A DNA stretch of 61,427 nucleotides, counting the filler. It is 7 parts of 7 records of this genome, joined end to end, with 100 filler letters (N's around TTAATTAATTAA, not from the genome) between each part and the next. Parts side by side here need not be neighbours in the genome. Positions count along the whole stretch, not along the records: positions 1 to 18,868 come from SRR31156797_54641; 6 more parts are not named here. The stretch is one strand, 5' to 3'. Shown here one piece after another: positions 1-8,844 of the stretch. The notes beneath the pieces were generated by a model that was not told where the DNA came from, did no database searches, and was given only the letters and a program-made list of their open reading frames with translations. The translations under genes and the position numbers were made by a program. Each line of letters begins with the position of its first letter. Positions within the stretch are counted from its first letter, which is position 1.

Positions 1-1
1 A

Positions 2-322
2 TCCACCCGGGAATTCCTGAAAGATTATGGATATGAGGTGAGCGCGTTTTCAAAAAGCCGGGATGCCTTTGACGCGTTCAGGAAAGATTCCTCCCGGTTT
101 GACCTGCTCATCACCGACATGACCATGCCCAAGATGACCGGCTTTGAACTTTCAGCCGGGATCTTGGAAATCACCCCTGATTTTCCCATTATCCTCTGCA
201 CCGGTTACAGTGAGAATTTTGATGAAAAAACAGCCCTGGAAAACGGCATCAAGAAGTACATCCAGAAACCCGTGGATATCCAGGGGCTGCTCCCCGTGAT
301 TCGTAAAATGCTGGATTCCTGA
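2..322 (+). CDS. C-terminal receiver domain of a hybrid histidine kinase/response regulator (5'-partial)
   Basis: FDLLITDMTMPKMTG, IILCTG and YIQKP receiver motifs; the frame is open to the window edge. Confidence 0.9.
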   Translation, partial: STREFLKDYGYEVSAFSKSRDAFDAFRKDSSRFDLLITDMTMPKMTGFELSAGILEITPDFPIILCTGYSENFDEKTALENGIKKYIQKPVDIQGLLPVIRKMLDS

Positions 323-508
323 ATCACGGGGAACGGGTCCGTGGGGAGGAACGTTCCCCTTGATAAATCAGGGGCGGCGCGATATCGCAAGGGCCATGGC
401 GTCCATTTTGAATTATGATTTCCCAAACGGCGCCAATTGTTGTATCTTCATGGAATGGGATTCGTCAAAGAATAAGCATGTTGCGTGACCCGGAGAGGAG
501 ACCCCTCC

Positions 509-1280
509 ATGAGAGATTCAACAGTTCGCGGGACAATGGCCGCGATGGTCCTTGTTTTGATAACCGGGGCCTGTTTTTCGGAAGAGGCTGTCATAAATGG
601 AACAGAAGCGCCGGAAACCGTTCGTATCGCCATGGATATATACCCGCCGTTTCAATCGCCGACACTTGAACATTTCGGCGCCATTCGTATCGTAATCGAA
701 GCGTTTGAATTGGAAGGGATAAATGTAATCTGCGGCTGGTTTCCCTGGGATCGTGCTATGAAATACGGTATGAGGGGAGAATGGGATGCCGTCTCCCTGG
801 GATCGCGTAATCCTGAAAGGGAAAAAGCTTTTTATTTTTCAGAACCGGTAATACTTGCGAATACCGTGTTCTTTCATCATAAGGAATACGCCTTTGACTG
901 GAAGACCATTGACGATTTAAAAGGCCATCGCATCGGAGTCATCAGAGGATACAGCTACGGGGATGATTTCCAGAATGCCAGGAAAAATCTTACGATTGAA
1001 CCTGTGACCACATCAGCCATGAACATGAAGAAATTGTATGCCGGGCGAATTGATATTACACCGCTGGATCGGATCTCCGGTGTCTTTATGCTGAACACCA
1101 GCAGGGAGCTCAAGGATTATGCGGATTTTATAACCTATCACCCCACACCTGTCCAGAAAGGTTGAGAAAAACAAACGCATGCTCAAGCTGTTCAACCGGG
1201 GATTGAAGCGGCTTAAAGACAATGGCAAATATGACCGGTATCTTGAAGAAGCTGTAAACGGCGAGTATGGAATCAAATAG
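509..1280 (+). pseudogene. Family-3-type solute-binding protein, frameshifted near the C-terminus
   Basis: SD GAGGAG at 495-500, signal peptide, YPPF, PWDRA and IGVIRGYSYG motifs. The ORF stops at 1165, but the expected C-terminus SRKVEKNKRMLKLFNRGLKRLKDNGKYDRYL continues in another frame to TAG 1280. Confidence 0.8.
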
Positions 1281-1377
1281 TGGTATGCCTGCCGTTTTTT
1301 ACTTTTACTTACCAAGGCATGAAGGCATACATCCGGGTTAAGGCCTCTTTAATATCCATATCATTGGGAGGTAAGGC

Positions 1378-2970
1378 ATGAAAGCATGGCAATGTGGTCT
1401 CTGTTCCCATCTTTTTGATGAAGCAAAAGAGCCGGTTCCGTGGGATGATCTGCCCCCGGACTGGAGCTGCCCAGTATGCGGCTCACCCAAAACCTCGTTC
1501 ATCGTGGTCAGGGATCGGAAGCCGCCGGCCCCGCCCCCCGGTAAACCGGACGTGCTTGCCCCCGCCGTCTATGAATGCGGCCTTTGTTCCCACAGGTACG
1601 ATGAAGCCAGGGAGGGCGTTCCCTGGGAGGCGCTTCCCGATGATTGGACCTGCCCGGTATGCGGGTCCGGCAAGGAGAGTTTTACCCGTGTGACAACCCG
1701 GGCCCGTGCCCCTGTCCCCCCGCCCGTTTTGTCGATTGTCGAAGAGGAGTATCTGGCCGAGTGGCGCCGTGGGGAGGACGATCTGGAAACCAATATGGCC
1801 GATATTCATCGCACTGCGATTACCGGCCAGTCCATCATCGAACCCATGCGGACCCGGGTGCCCACCTTTTCCTGGGACGAGATCCTGGTCAAGGGGGCCC
1901 AGCTTGCCAGGCTGCCCCTGAACAAGAGCCAGCCGGTGACCACGCGAACCACCATCGGGCCGGGGGCGGCCGTTCCCCTGGTGATCGACACCCCCATCAT
2001 TGTCACCCACATGTCCTTTGGCGCCCTTTCCCGGGAGGCCAAGCTGGCCCTGGCCCGGGGCAGCGCCCGGGCCCGGACGGCCATGGGGTCCGGGGAAGGC
2101 GGGATTCTGCCCGAGTCCCTGGCCGCGTCCCACAAGTATATTTTTGAGTATGTTCCCAACAAGTACAGCGTGACGGATGAGTACCTGGCCCGGGTGGACG
2201 CCGTGGAGATCAAGATCGGCCAGTCGGCCAAGCCCGGCATGGGCGGTCATCTGCCGGGGCACAAGGTCACCCGGGAGATCGCCATGATCCGTGGATTCCG
2301 GGAAGGCCGGGATATCATCAGTCCCTCCCGGTTCCCGGACATCCGAACCCGGGAGGACCTGAAGAGAACCGTGGAGAGCCTGCGGGAAAGAACCGTTGGG
2401 AAGCCCGTGGGGATCAAGCTTGCGGCCGGTCATATTGAGGAGGATCTGGATTTTGCCCTTTTCGCGGGCGTGGATTTCATCACCATGGACGGGCGGGCAG
2501 GGGGCACCGGCGCAGCCCCCAAGGTGGTCAAGGGCGCGGCCTCGGTGCCGACCATATTTGCCCTGGCACGGGCAAGGCGGGTGCTGGATGCCAAAGGGGC
2601 GGACCATGTCTCCTTGATCATCACCGGCGGCCTGCGGGTCTCGTCCGATGTTGCCAAGGCCCTGGCCCTGGGCGCGGATGCCGTGGCCCTGGGGACCGCC
2701 CTCTTGATGGCCGTGGGGTGCCAGCAATACCGGGTATGTGATACGGGCAAGTGTCCCGTGGGGATCACTACCCAGGACCCGGCCCTGCGCGCCCGCCTGG
2801 ATGTTGATACGTCCGCGGCCCGGGTGGCCAATTTTTTCAAGGTGAGCACGGAGGAACTCATGGATTTTGCCCGGCTGAGCGGCAATGACGATATCCACGA
2901 TCTCTCTCCGGCCGACCTTTGCACCACCAATTCCGAAATTTCCAACCATGTCGGTATTGAGCACGTTTAA
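1378..2970 (+). CDS. Tandem rubredoxin domains fused to an FMN-binding glutamate-synthase (GltB2-like) domain
   Basis: Two CxxC...WxCPxCG rubredoxin units; MSFGALS, SGEGG, EIKIGQSAKPGMGGHLPG, DGRAGGTGA motifs; [3Fe-4S] motif CQQYRVCDTGKCPVGITTQ; SD GGAGG. Confidence 0.92.
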   Translation: MKAWQCGLCSHLFDEAKEPVPWDDLPPDWSCPVCGSPKTSFIVVRDRKPPAPPPGKPDVLAPAVYECGLCSHRYDEAREGVPWEALPDDWTCPVCGSGKESFTRVTTRARAPVPPPVLSIVEEEYLAEWRRGEDDLETNMADIHRTAITGQSIIEPMRTRVPTFSWDEILVKGAQLARLPLNKSQPVTTRTTIGPGAAVPLVIDTPIIVTHMSFGALSREAKLALARGSARARTAMGSGEGGILPESLAASHKYIFEYVPNKYSVTDEYLARVDAVEIKIGQSAKPGMGGHLPGHKVTREIAMIRGFREGRDIISPSRFPDIRTREDLKRTVESLRERTVGKPVGIKLAAGHIEEDLDFALFAGVDFITMDGRAGGTGAAPKVVKGAASVPTIFALARARRVLDAKGADHVSLIITGGLRVSSDVAKALALGADAVALGTALLMAVGCQQYRVCDTGKCPVGITTQDPALRARLDVDTSAARVANFFKVSTEELMDFARLSGNDDIHDLSPADLCTTNSEISNHVGIEHV

Positions 2971-2995
2971 CCCAAACCAGCAGGAGGTAAATCTT

Positions 2996-3496
2996 ATGGC
3001 AACAATGGAAAACCTGGCGGAAGCGTTTGCAGGGGAGAGTCAGGCCAACCGGAAGTACCTGGCGTTTGCGAAAAAGGCTGAACAGGACGGGCTGCCCCAG
3101 GTGGCAAAGCTGTTCCGGGCGGCGGCGGACGCCGAGACCGTCCATGCCCACGCCCATCTGCGGGTGATGGGCGGGATCCGGAGCACCACGGAAAATCTGG
3201 AAGAGGCGATCCAGGGCGAAGGGCATGAATTCCAGGAGATGTATCCGGCGTTCCTGGCCCAGGCCCAGGCAGAGGGACTGAAGCCGGCCGAGTTTTCGAT
3301 CAAGAACGCCCTGGCCGTGGAAGAGATCCATCACGGTCTTTATGCCAAGGCCCTTGAAGCGGTGAAGGGCGGCAATGACCTGCCGGAAACGGAGATTCAT
3401 GTGTGCCAGGTGTGCGGCAACACTGTGGAAGGCAATCCCCCCGACACCTGCCCGGTCTGCAACGCGGCCGGCAGCAAGTTCGTGAAGATTGACTAG
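2996..3496 (+). CDS. rbr: Rubrerythrin
   Basis: AFAGESQANRKYLAFA, ETVHA and EEIHH diiron motifs; C-terminal CQVCG...CPVC rubredoxin-like domain; SD AGGAGG before ATG 2996. Confidence 0.95.
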   Translation: MATMENLAEAFAGESQANRKYLAFAKKAEQDGLPQVAKLFRAAADAETVHAHAHLRVMGGIRSTTENLEEAIQGEGHEFQEMYPAFLAQAQAEGLKPAEFSIKNALAVEEIHHGLYAKALEAVKGGNDLPETEIHVCQVCGNTVEGNPPDTCPVCNAAGSKFVKID

Positions 3497-3532
3497 TTTC
3501 CCGGGCAGGGGCCATGGCCCCTGCCCGGAAAA
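3497..3532. terminator. GC-rich palindrome, probable bidirectional terminator
   Basis: TTTC-CCGGGCAGGGGCC-AT-GGCCCCTGCCCGG-AAAA between the convergent rbr and kinase genes. Confidence 0.7.
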
Positions 3533-3542
3533 TTGAACGCCG

Positions 3543-4919
3543 TTAATCTTTGGGCGCAGGGGGCGTGAGGTCTGTCGGGGCCGTGCAGACGGCCTTGAGG
3601 TGGTAAAAGCTGGAAAAATCGTTGGCAGCCACGAACCCCAGCTCCAGGCTTGCGTACCAGGCCGCGATGAAGCTTGCCCGGTCCGCGCTCCAGAGCCAGT
3701 GCTGGCGGGTGTCGAACACCGGCTCCAGGCAGTGGTCCGTGCCCTGGGCCAGGGGGGTGAAAAGGCTCAACAGCTCGTCCACCGTAGGAATGCGCCACTG
3801 GTCAAGGCCCTGGTATTGGTCCTGGTTCATTTGCCGGACATGGGCCTTTGCCTCCTTCCAGTTCACCGGGAACCGGGTGCCCGAGCGCTCCCAGATCAAC
3901 CCGGTGGTCCGGTCCAGGAGGAGGGCATCTGACCATGGCTCGAACCGGTTGGTCAACAGGTGTTGGGGACGCATGAGCTCGTCCAGGCCAAAGCGTTCCC
4001 GGGCCTGGGATTTGTAGACTTTTATGGGGGTGTGCCGGATTTGGGCCACGGTCTCCCGGGGATCGGGCTCGTCGAACCAGTCCAGGGGGGCCGTGCAGAT
4101 GCTCTCTTTTTTACGGTCCCAGGCTTGGGCCAGCCGGTCCAGGTCCTTTGCCATGGCGTCGGCGTCCCCATAGCGCCGGTTGGGCCGGGGCGAGAGGGCC
4201 TTGTGGAAGAAATCGTCCCATTCCGTGTCCAGATCGGGGTTGCGGACGCTTGCCACAAGCTTTTCCTCGGGCAGCCGTCCGGTCAGCATTCTGAAGAGCA
4301 TCACCCCCACCGAGTAGAGATCCGCGGTTTCGTCCACCCCGTCCGGGTCCTGCTCCTGCTCGGGCGGGGCATAGTAGGGGGTGCCCACCTTGAGGCTCTT
4401 GTGGCCCCGGAAGGTCTCGTTCCTCAGCTTGGAGAGGCCGAAATCGCAGATCTTCACGTTGTCCAGGTCATCGATGAGGATGTTGAAGGGCTTGATGTCC
4501 CGGTGGATTACCGATTTATGGTGGAGGCAGGCCAGGCCCTCCAGGAGCTGCCGGGTGTACCGGATCGCTTTTTCCAGGCCGATGATCCGGGAGGGGCGCT
4601 CGGTCACGTAGGATTCGCCCATGAGGGTGCCGAGGTTGTTGCAGTAAAACTCCATGATGTAGTAGGGCTTGCCCTCGAACCGGTCAAAGTCCAGGATCTC
4701 CACCACGTGGGGATGGCGGATGGAAGCCATGGTAACGGCCTCGGTGACAAAGAGATCCTCCACGGCCTTTTTCCCCATGAGGGTGGTCAGGAGGGGCTCG
4801 GGGGCCAGGAGTTTCAGCGCTCCGATCTTGCCTGTGACCGGGTATTCAACCTTGAACACCTTGCCCATGCCGCCCTTGCCGAGCAGCCCCGAAATCTTGA
4901 ATTTTCCGATATGTTTCAT
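3543..4919 (-). CDS. Hanks-type Ser/Thr protein kinase with C-terminal DUF1566 (Lcl) domain
   Basis: LGKGGMGKV, ALK, HRDIKPFN, DFG and GTPYYAPPEQ kinase motifs; DRTTGLIWE and WRIPTVDEL DUF1566 motifs; start at ATG 4919 (MKHIGKFKI). Confidence 0.92.
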   Translation of the reverse strand: MKHIGKFKISGLLGKGGMGKVFKVEYPVTGKIGALKLLAPEPLLTTLMGKKAVEDLFVTEAVTMASIRHPHVVEILDFDRFEGKPYYIMEFYCNNLGTLMGESYVTERPSRIIGLEKAIRYTRQLLEGLACLHHKSVIHRDIKPFNILIDDLDNVKICDFGLSKLRNETFRGHKSLKVGTPYYAPPEQEQDPDGVDETADLYSVGVMLFRMLTGRLPEEKLVASVRNPDLDTEWDDFFHKALSPRPNRRYGDADAMAKDLDRLAQAWDRKKESICTAPLDWFDEPDPRETVAQIRHTPIKVYKSQARERFGLDELMRPQHLLTNRFEPWSDALLLDRTTGLIWERSGTRFPVNWKEAKAHVRQMNQDQYQGLDQWRIPTVDELLSLFTPLAQGTDHCLEPVFDTRQHWLWSADRASFIAAWYASLELGFVAANDFSSFYHLKAVCTAPTDLTPPAPKD

Positions 4920-4920
4920 T

Positions 4921-5655
4921 TTAGAACCTTCTTGATAGTTTATCCGCATAGATTTCCGGAATGCCGGCCTTACGGATCTTGGCGGCCGTGGCATGGAAGT
5001 CGTAGGGGATGAACTCCACCGTGAGCAGGCCTGTCTCCGTGTCAAAGGAGAGGGCCTTGGCACAGGGATCACCGTCCCGGGGCTGGCCCACGGCGCCGGC
5101 ATTGACGATATATTTTTTTTGCCTCGAGAGGATTGTCTCCCCCGCCCCAAGCTCCCGGTGGGTAAGGGTGTGGCCGTCCCAATCGATCAGCTCCAGGTCG
5201 TGGGTGTGGCCGGTGAAGCAGATCCACTGGTCCATGGCTTTCATTTTACTCGCAAGCCGTTTGTCCGAGAGCTGGAACAGGTAGACAAAGGGCGAGGACG
5301 GGGGAACCCCGTGGACAAAGCGCATGTTTTCCAGGACCCGGTACTTGGGCAACCGGGCAATGGTTTTTCGAAACGGCCGGGAAAGCGTCTTGAGGGTGTG
5401 GCCCACGGCCTCCCTTGCCACGGGATTGAAGCAGACGAGGAAAGCCGGGTCGGCAACGGCCATCTCGTGGTTGCCCTTTACCGAGGAGATTTTGCGCCGG
5501 CAGACTTCCTCCATCACACCGTTGGGGTCGGGGCCGTAGCCGATGTTGTCCCCCAGGGAGATCACCCGGTCCGGGCGAATCCGGTCCACCCAGGCCAGGA
5601 CCTCGTTCAGGGCCTCCAGGTTGCCGTGGATGTCGGATAGGATTGTTATGAGCAT
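4921..5655 (-). CDS. Calcineurin-like metallophosphoesterase (YfcE/MJ0936-like)
   Basis: DIHGN, LGDNIGYG, GNHE, HG, GHTH and NAGAVGQPRDGDP motifs. Confidence 0.93.
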   Translation of the reverse strand: MLITILSDIHGNLEALNEVLAWVDRIRPDRVISLGDNIGYGPDPNGVMEEVCRRKISSVKGNHEMAVADPAFLVCFNPVAREAVGHTLKTLSRPFRKTIARLPKYRVLENMRFVHGVPPSSPFVYLFQLSDKRLASKMKAMDQWICFTGHTHDLELIDWDGHTLTHRELGAGETILSRQKKYIVNAGAVGQPRDGDPCAKALSFDTETGLLTVEFIPYDFHATAAKIRKAGIPEIYADKLSRRF

Positions 5656-5828
5656 GGTGTTCCTTTCTTTGTTCCTGTTTTTTTGTTCAAGATAGCATGG
5701 AACGGAAACCCGGACAATTCCTTTCCCCTGGCCCGGATAAAGGAAAAACTGTCCGGGGCGGGCTTGATCGTCCTGACCGTAACGTGCTATGGTGACATAA
5801 GAAAGGCAACGCTCTCATCCCCCATGGA

Positions 5829-6632
5829 ATGAAAAATAACCGGAAAAATGGAATAGCGATGTTTTTAATCAAAAAAAGCTTCCTGTACCTGACCGTATCC
5901 CTTGTCTTGATCTTTGTCTTCCCTGCCGGTGGCTGTGCCCGGGAGGCAAACGGTGTCAAACTTGCGGCTTTTGATTATGCGCCGTTTTATTACCAAAAGG
6001 ATAACAGGGTCCGGGGCATTGCCGTTGAACTGGTTGAAGAAATTTTCAGCCGGATGAATATGACGTTTGAACTTAAGCTCTATCCCCTTAAAAGGGCATT
6101 GGAGAACCTGAAAACCGGAAAAAATGATGCAATGATGATTTTGCTTAAAACCCCGGAAAGGGAGCAATATCTAATTTACACATCTCCGGTTGTAACGGTT
6201 CGGGGGCTGATATGGTGGGCCGCCGATCGAGAACGGGCCGGCATGGCGTTTGAGCGATTGGAAGATTTGACTCCCTTTTCAATCGGAGTCACCAGGGGCT
6301 ATAGTTATGGCGTCGAGTTTGACAACCTCCTGAGAAATATGAGGGTTGAAGTGGTTAACTCAGACCGGGACAATTTCAAAAAATTGCTATGGCACAGGAT
6401 TGATGCGTTTCCTTGCAATGAAATCGTCGCAAAGGGAATCTTCAAGAACAATAAAGCGTTTCAGGGCAAATTTATCCATTCAAAAAAGGCCTATATTGAA
6501 TGGGTCCTGCACATGGGAATCAGTAAAAAATCCGGTCTGACGGATAAGCTCCCCGACATGAACAGCATTATTGATGATTTACACAAAGAAGGCTTTATCC
6601 ATAACGCCGTAAAAAAATATACGGAAGACTGA
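5829..6632 (+). CDS. Family-3-type solute-binding protein (orphan)
   Basis: Signal peptide, YAPF, PLKRA, KTPERE and IGVTRGYSYG motifs; the true start may be ATG 5859. Confidence 0.88.
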   Translation: MKNNRKNGIAMFLIKKSFLYLTVSLVLIFVFPAGGCAREANGVKLAAFDYAPFYYQKDNRVRGIAVELVEEIFSRMNMTFELKLYPLKRALENLKTGKNDAMMILLKTPEREQYLIYTSPVVTVRGLIWWAADRERAGMAFERLEDLTPFSIGVTRGYSYGVEFDNLLRNMRVEVVNSDRDNFKKLLWHRIDAFPCNEIVAKGIFKNNKAFQGKFIHSKKAYIEWVLHMGISKKSGLTDKLPDMNSIIDDLHKEGFIHNAVKKYTED

Positions 6633-6676
6633 ATCGCCCGGGTGACTTCCATTCACAAATCAAAAGGAGAAAGAAT

Positions 6677-7291
6677 ATGTATGTGTTGGCCATAAACGGA
6701 AGCCCAAGAAAAGGCGGCAACACCGAAATTCTTCTTACCCATGCCCTTGAGCCTTTGAAACAATTCGGCTGGGACACGGAATTGATTCAGGTGGGCGGGA
6801 AAAAAATCAGGGGATGCAAGGCCTGTTACAAATGCATGGAAAACAAGGACATGCGCTGTGCCATAAAGAAAGATATCTTTAACGATGTCATGGAAAAAAT
6901 GCTCAAGGCGGATGCGCTGATTCTCGGTTCTCCTACCTATTTTACGGACGTTTCCGCCGAACTCAAAGCGCTGCTGGACCGCTCGGGATTTGTTGCATTG
7001 GCCAATGACCGTGCGTTTCGCGGAAAGATTGGCGCGGCCGTGGTCGCGGTAAGACGGGGGGGAGCCACCCATGTGTTTGACACCATCAACCACATGTTCC
7101 TGATGTCACAGATGATCATACCAGGCTCCATTTACTGGAACCTGGGCATTGGGATGGATAAGGGCGATGTGAAAGAGGATGAAGAGGGGCTGCTCAATAT
7201 GCGAAACCTGGGAGAAACCATTGCATGGCTCGGTAACGCCATGCAGCCCCACCTGGAGACCTTTCCCCGCGCGGCAAAATCGTCTGAATAG
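6677..7291 (+). CDS. Iron-sulfur flavoprotein / NADPH-dependent FMN reductase (flavodoxin-like)
   Basis: GSPRKGGNT, compact CKACYKC...C motif, GSPTYF, RRGG; SD AGGAG. Confidence 0.92.
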   Translation: MYVLAINGSPRKGGNTEILLTHALEPLKQFGWDTELIQVGGKKIRGCKACYKCMENKDMRCAIKKDIFNDVMEKMLKADALILGSPTYFTDVSAELKALLDRSGFVALANDRAFRGKIGAAVVAVRRGGATHVFDTINHMFLMSQMIIPGSIYWNLGIGMDKGDVKEDEEGLLNMRNLGETIAWLGNAMQPHLETFPRAAKSSE

Positions 7292-7333
7292 ATCAGTCGG
7301 CCGTATTTTTGTTCGGATGCGGGCAGGAATGGG

Positions 7334-7376
7334 AAGAAATCGGAATTTGGCCCGGGTCAAATTTCGATTTCTTTTT
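7334..7376 (+). terminator. 20-bp hairpin, probable terminator
   Basis: AAGAAATCGGAATTTGGCCC/GGGTCAAATTTCGATTTCTT; the only two mismatches are G-U pairs on the + strand; ends in a T run. Confidence 0.65.
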
Positions 7377-7537
7377 CCCGGCTATCAATATCCCTTTACA
7401 GGTATCATTGCGATTGATATGAGACAGTAAGCAATACCCATCGCACATGCAGGTCGGATTTCATTCAAATGGCCATGACATCCGGATCTGTGCAATTCTT
7501 GTTATCGCTGTAACAACCAAAAATAAGGGTGGATTTC

Positions 7538-7699
7538 ATGGAACTTATCAAAATTATCTGTGCAATCATACTGCCGCCGTTGGGAGTGTTCCTCCAGGTC
7601 GGTATAGGAAAGCATTTCTGGATCAACATTATTTTAACTTTATTCGGCTATATCCCCGGCATTGTTCATGCCGTATGGGTCGTTGCAAAAAACAAATAA
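7538..7699 (+). CDS. YqaE/Pmp3 family small membrane protein (53 aa, absent from the ORF track)
   Basis: Translates as MELIKIICAIILPPLGVFLQVGIGKHFWINIILTLFGYIPGIVHAVWVVAKNK, with the family motifs ILPPLGV and GYIPGIVHA. Confidence 0.95.
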   Translation: MELIKIICAIILPPLGVFLQVGIGKHFWINIILTLFGYIPGIVHAVWVVAKNK

Positions 7700-7838
7700 G
7701 AAAGTACCGTTCAGAGTGGGTACCCAGCTCTGTTTATCGTCTTCTGTGCAGCCTGAGTACTTTAAGTCGTTTTACAGACCTGTTTTATCGGGATCATGAT
7801 CCACATATATATCTTATAACTTGTATTGGGGACCGCAA

Positions 7839-8666
7839 ATGGATATTCAATCAGTTTCATGTGTATGTTTTTCGCCAACAGGGACCACCAGGACAATCGT
7901 AAGGAATATTGCCGAGGGGATGCAGCCGGAGCAGATCGAGATGATGGACTGTACGAACCGGGCCCGGCGTAAAGGGGAGTCTTTGGGTTTGAATAATGAT
8001 ATCGTCATTCTCGCAACACCTGTCTATTATGGCCGGGTTCCGGAAGAGGTGGTTCCGTTTTTGAAAACACTGAATGGGGAGAATAGACCGGTTGTGCTTG
8101 TGGTGGTATATGGAAACCGGGAATACGAGGATGCTCTCCTGGAACTTCATGATATCTCAGCGGCACGGGGATTTACTCCGGTGGCAGGGGGCGCGTTCAT
8201 TGCCGAGCATTCCTACTCCAATTCTTCCCGGCCAATTGCCCATGGACGGCCTGATTCCGATGATATTGAAAAGGCACAGGCCTTTGGTGCCGAAATAAGG
8301 GATAAACTCAAAGGGATCGATTCCTTAACGGATATGGGGGAAATCCGTATTCCGGGAAATGTGCCGTATATTGAACCCACAAATCTGCATATGCTCAAGC
8401 AGGTTCGTCAAACACTGTCTTTTACGCCCGTTACGGATACGGACAAGTGTACCCAATGCGGACTGTGTGCTGAAGCTTGCCCCACGGCGGCAATTGATCC
8501 GGACGATGTGTCAAAGATAGATAAATGGGAATGCATGATCTGTTTCGCATGTATCAAAAATTGTCCGGAACAAGCCAAACAAATGACAGACCCCCATTTT
8601 AACGGGGCCATTGAGCAATTACAGATGGCCTGTCAGGAAAGGAAAGAACCTGAGATCTATCTTTAA
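7839..8666 (+). CDS. EFR1-type flavodoxin-ferredoxin fusion protein
   Basis: FSPTGTT, PVYYGRVP, VYGNREYEDALLEL and EHS motifs; C-terminal CTQCGLCAEACP and CMICFACIKNCP. Confidence 0.92.
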   Translation: MDIQSVSCVCFSPTGTTRTIVRNIAEGMQPEQIEMMDCTNRARRKGESLGLNNDIVILATPVYYGRVPEEVVPFLKTLNGENRPVVLVVVYGNREYEDALLELHDISAARGFTPVAGGAFIAEHSYSNSSRPIAHGRPDSDDIEKAQAFGAEIRDKLKGIDSLTDMGEIRIPGNVPYIEPTNLHMLKQVRQTLSFTPVTDTDKCTQCGLCAEACPTAAIDPDDVSKIDKWECMICFACIKNCPEQAKQMTDPHFNGAIEQLQMACQERKEPEIYL

Positions 8667-8728
8667 AAGAGAATTAACAGCCTGTTGAAAAAAATCGCCA
8701 AGGATGACCTTCTAATTCTTCAAGGATC

Positions 8729-8737
8729 TGTTATAAT
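8729..8737 (+). promoter_or_regulatory. Extended -10 sigma70 promoter element
   Basis: TGtTATAAT about 110 nt upstream of the diguanylate cyclase start. Confidence 0.5.
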
Positions 8738-8844
8738 GGGTTTTGTTGTTTTAACATGATGACAAACGAATGGTCGGTCTCAGATGGATATTGGGAGGTT
8801 TGAGATGTAAAGATCCCTCCCAATATGCGGTGACAGGGTGGAAT

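Noticed and set aside
1163-1165. TGA stop as selenocysteine or read-through
   Set aside because: The homologous continuation is in a different frame, so this is a frameshift
1483-2964. 493-aa antisense ORF, and similar long antisense ORFs at 19109-20530, 20550-21902, 26263-27315, 27948-29423 and 55688-57013
   Set aside because: Shadow ORFs opposite well-supported GC-rich genes, with no recognisable motifs
3543-3900. DUF1566 end as the variable region of a diversity-generating retroelement
   Set aside because: No reverse transcriptase or second near-identical copy (template repeat) seen in the window
4920-5150. N-terminal extension of the kinase ORF in the track
   Set aside because: Overlaps the phosphoesterase gene in another frame; the kinase domain begins at ATG 4919
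7447-7902. 151-aa ORF
   Set aside because: No motifs; overlaps the real Pmp3 gene and the EFR1 start
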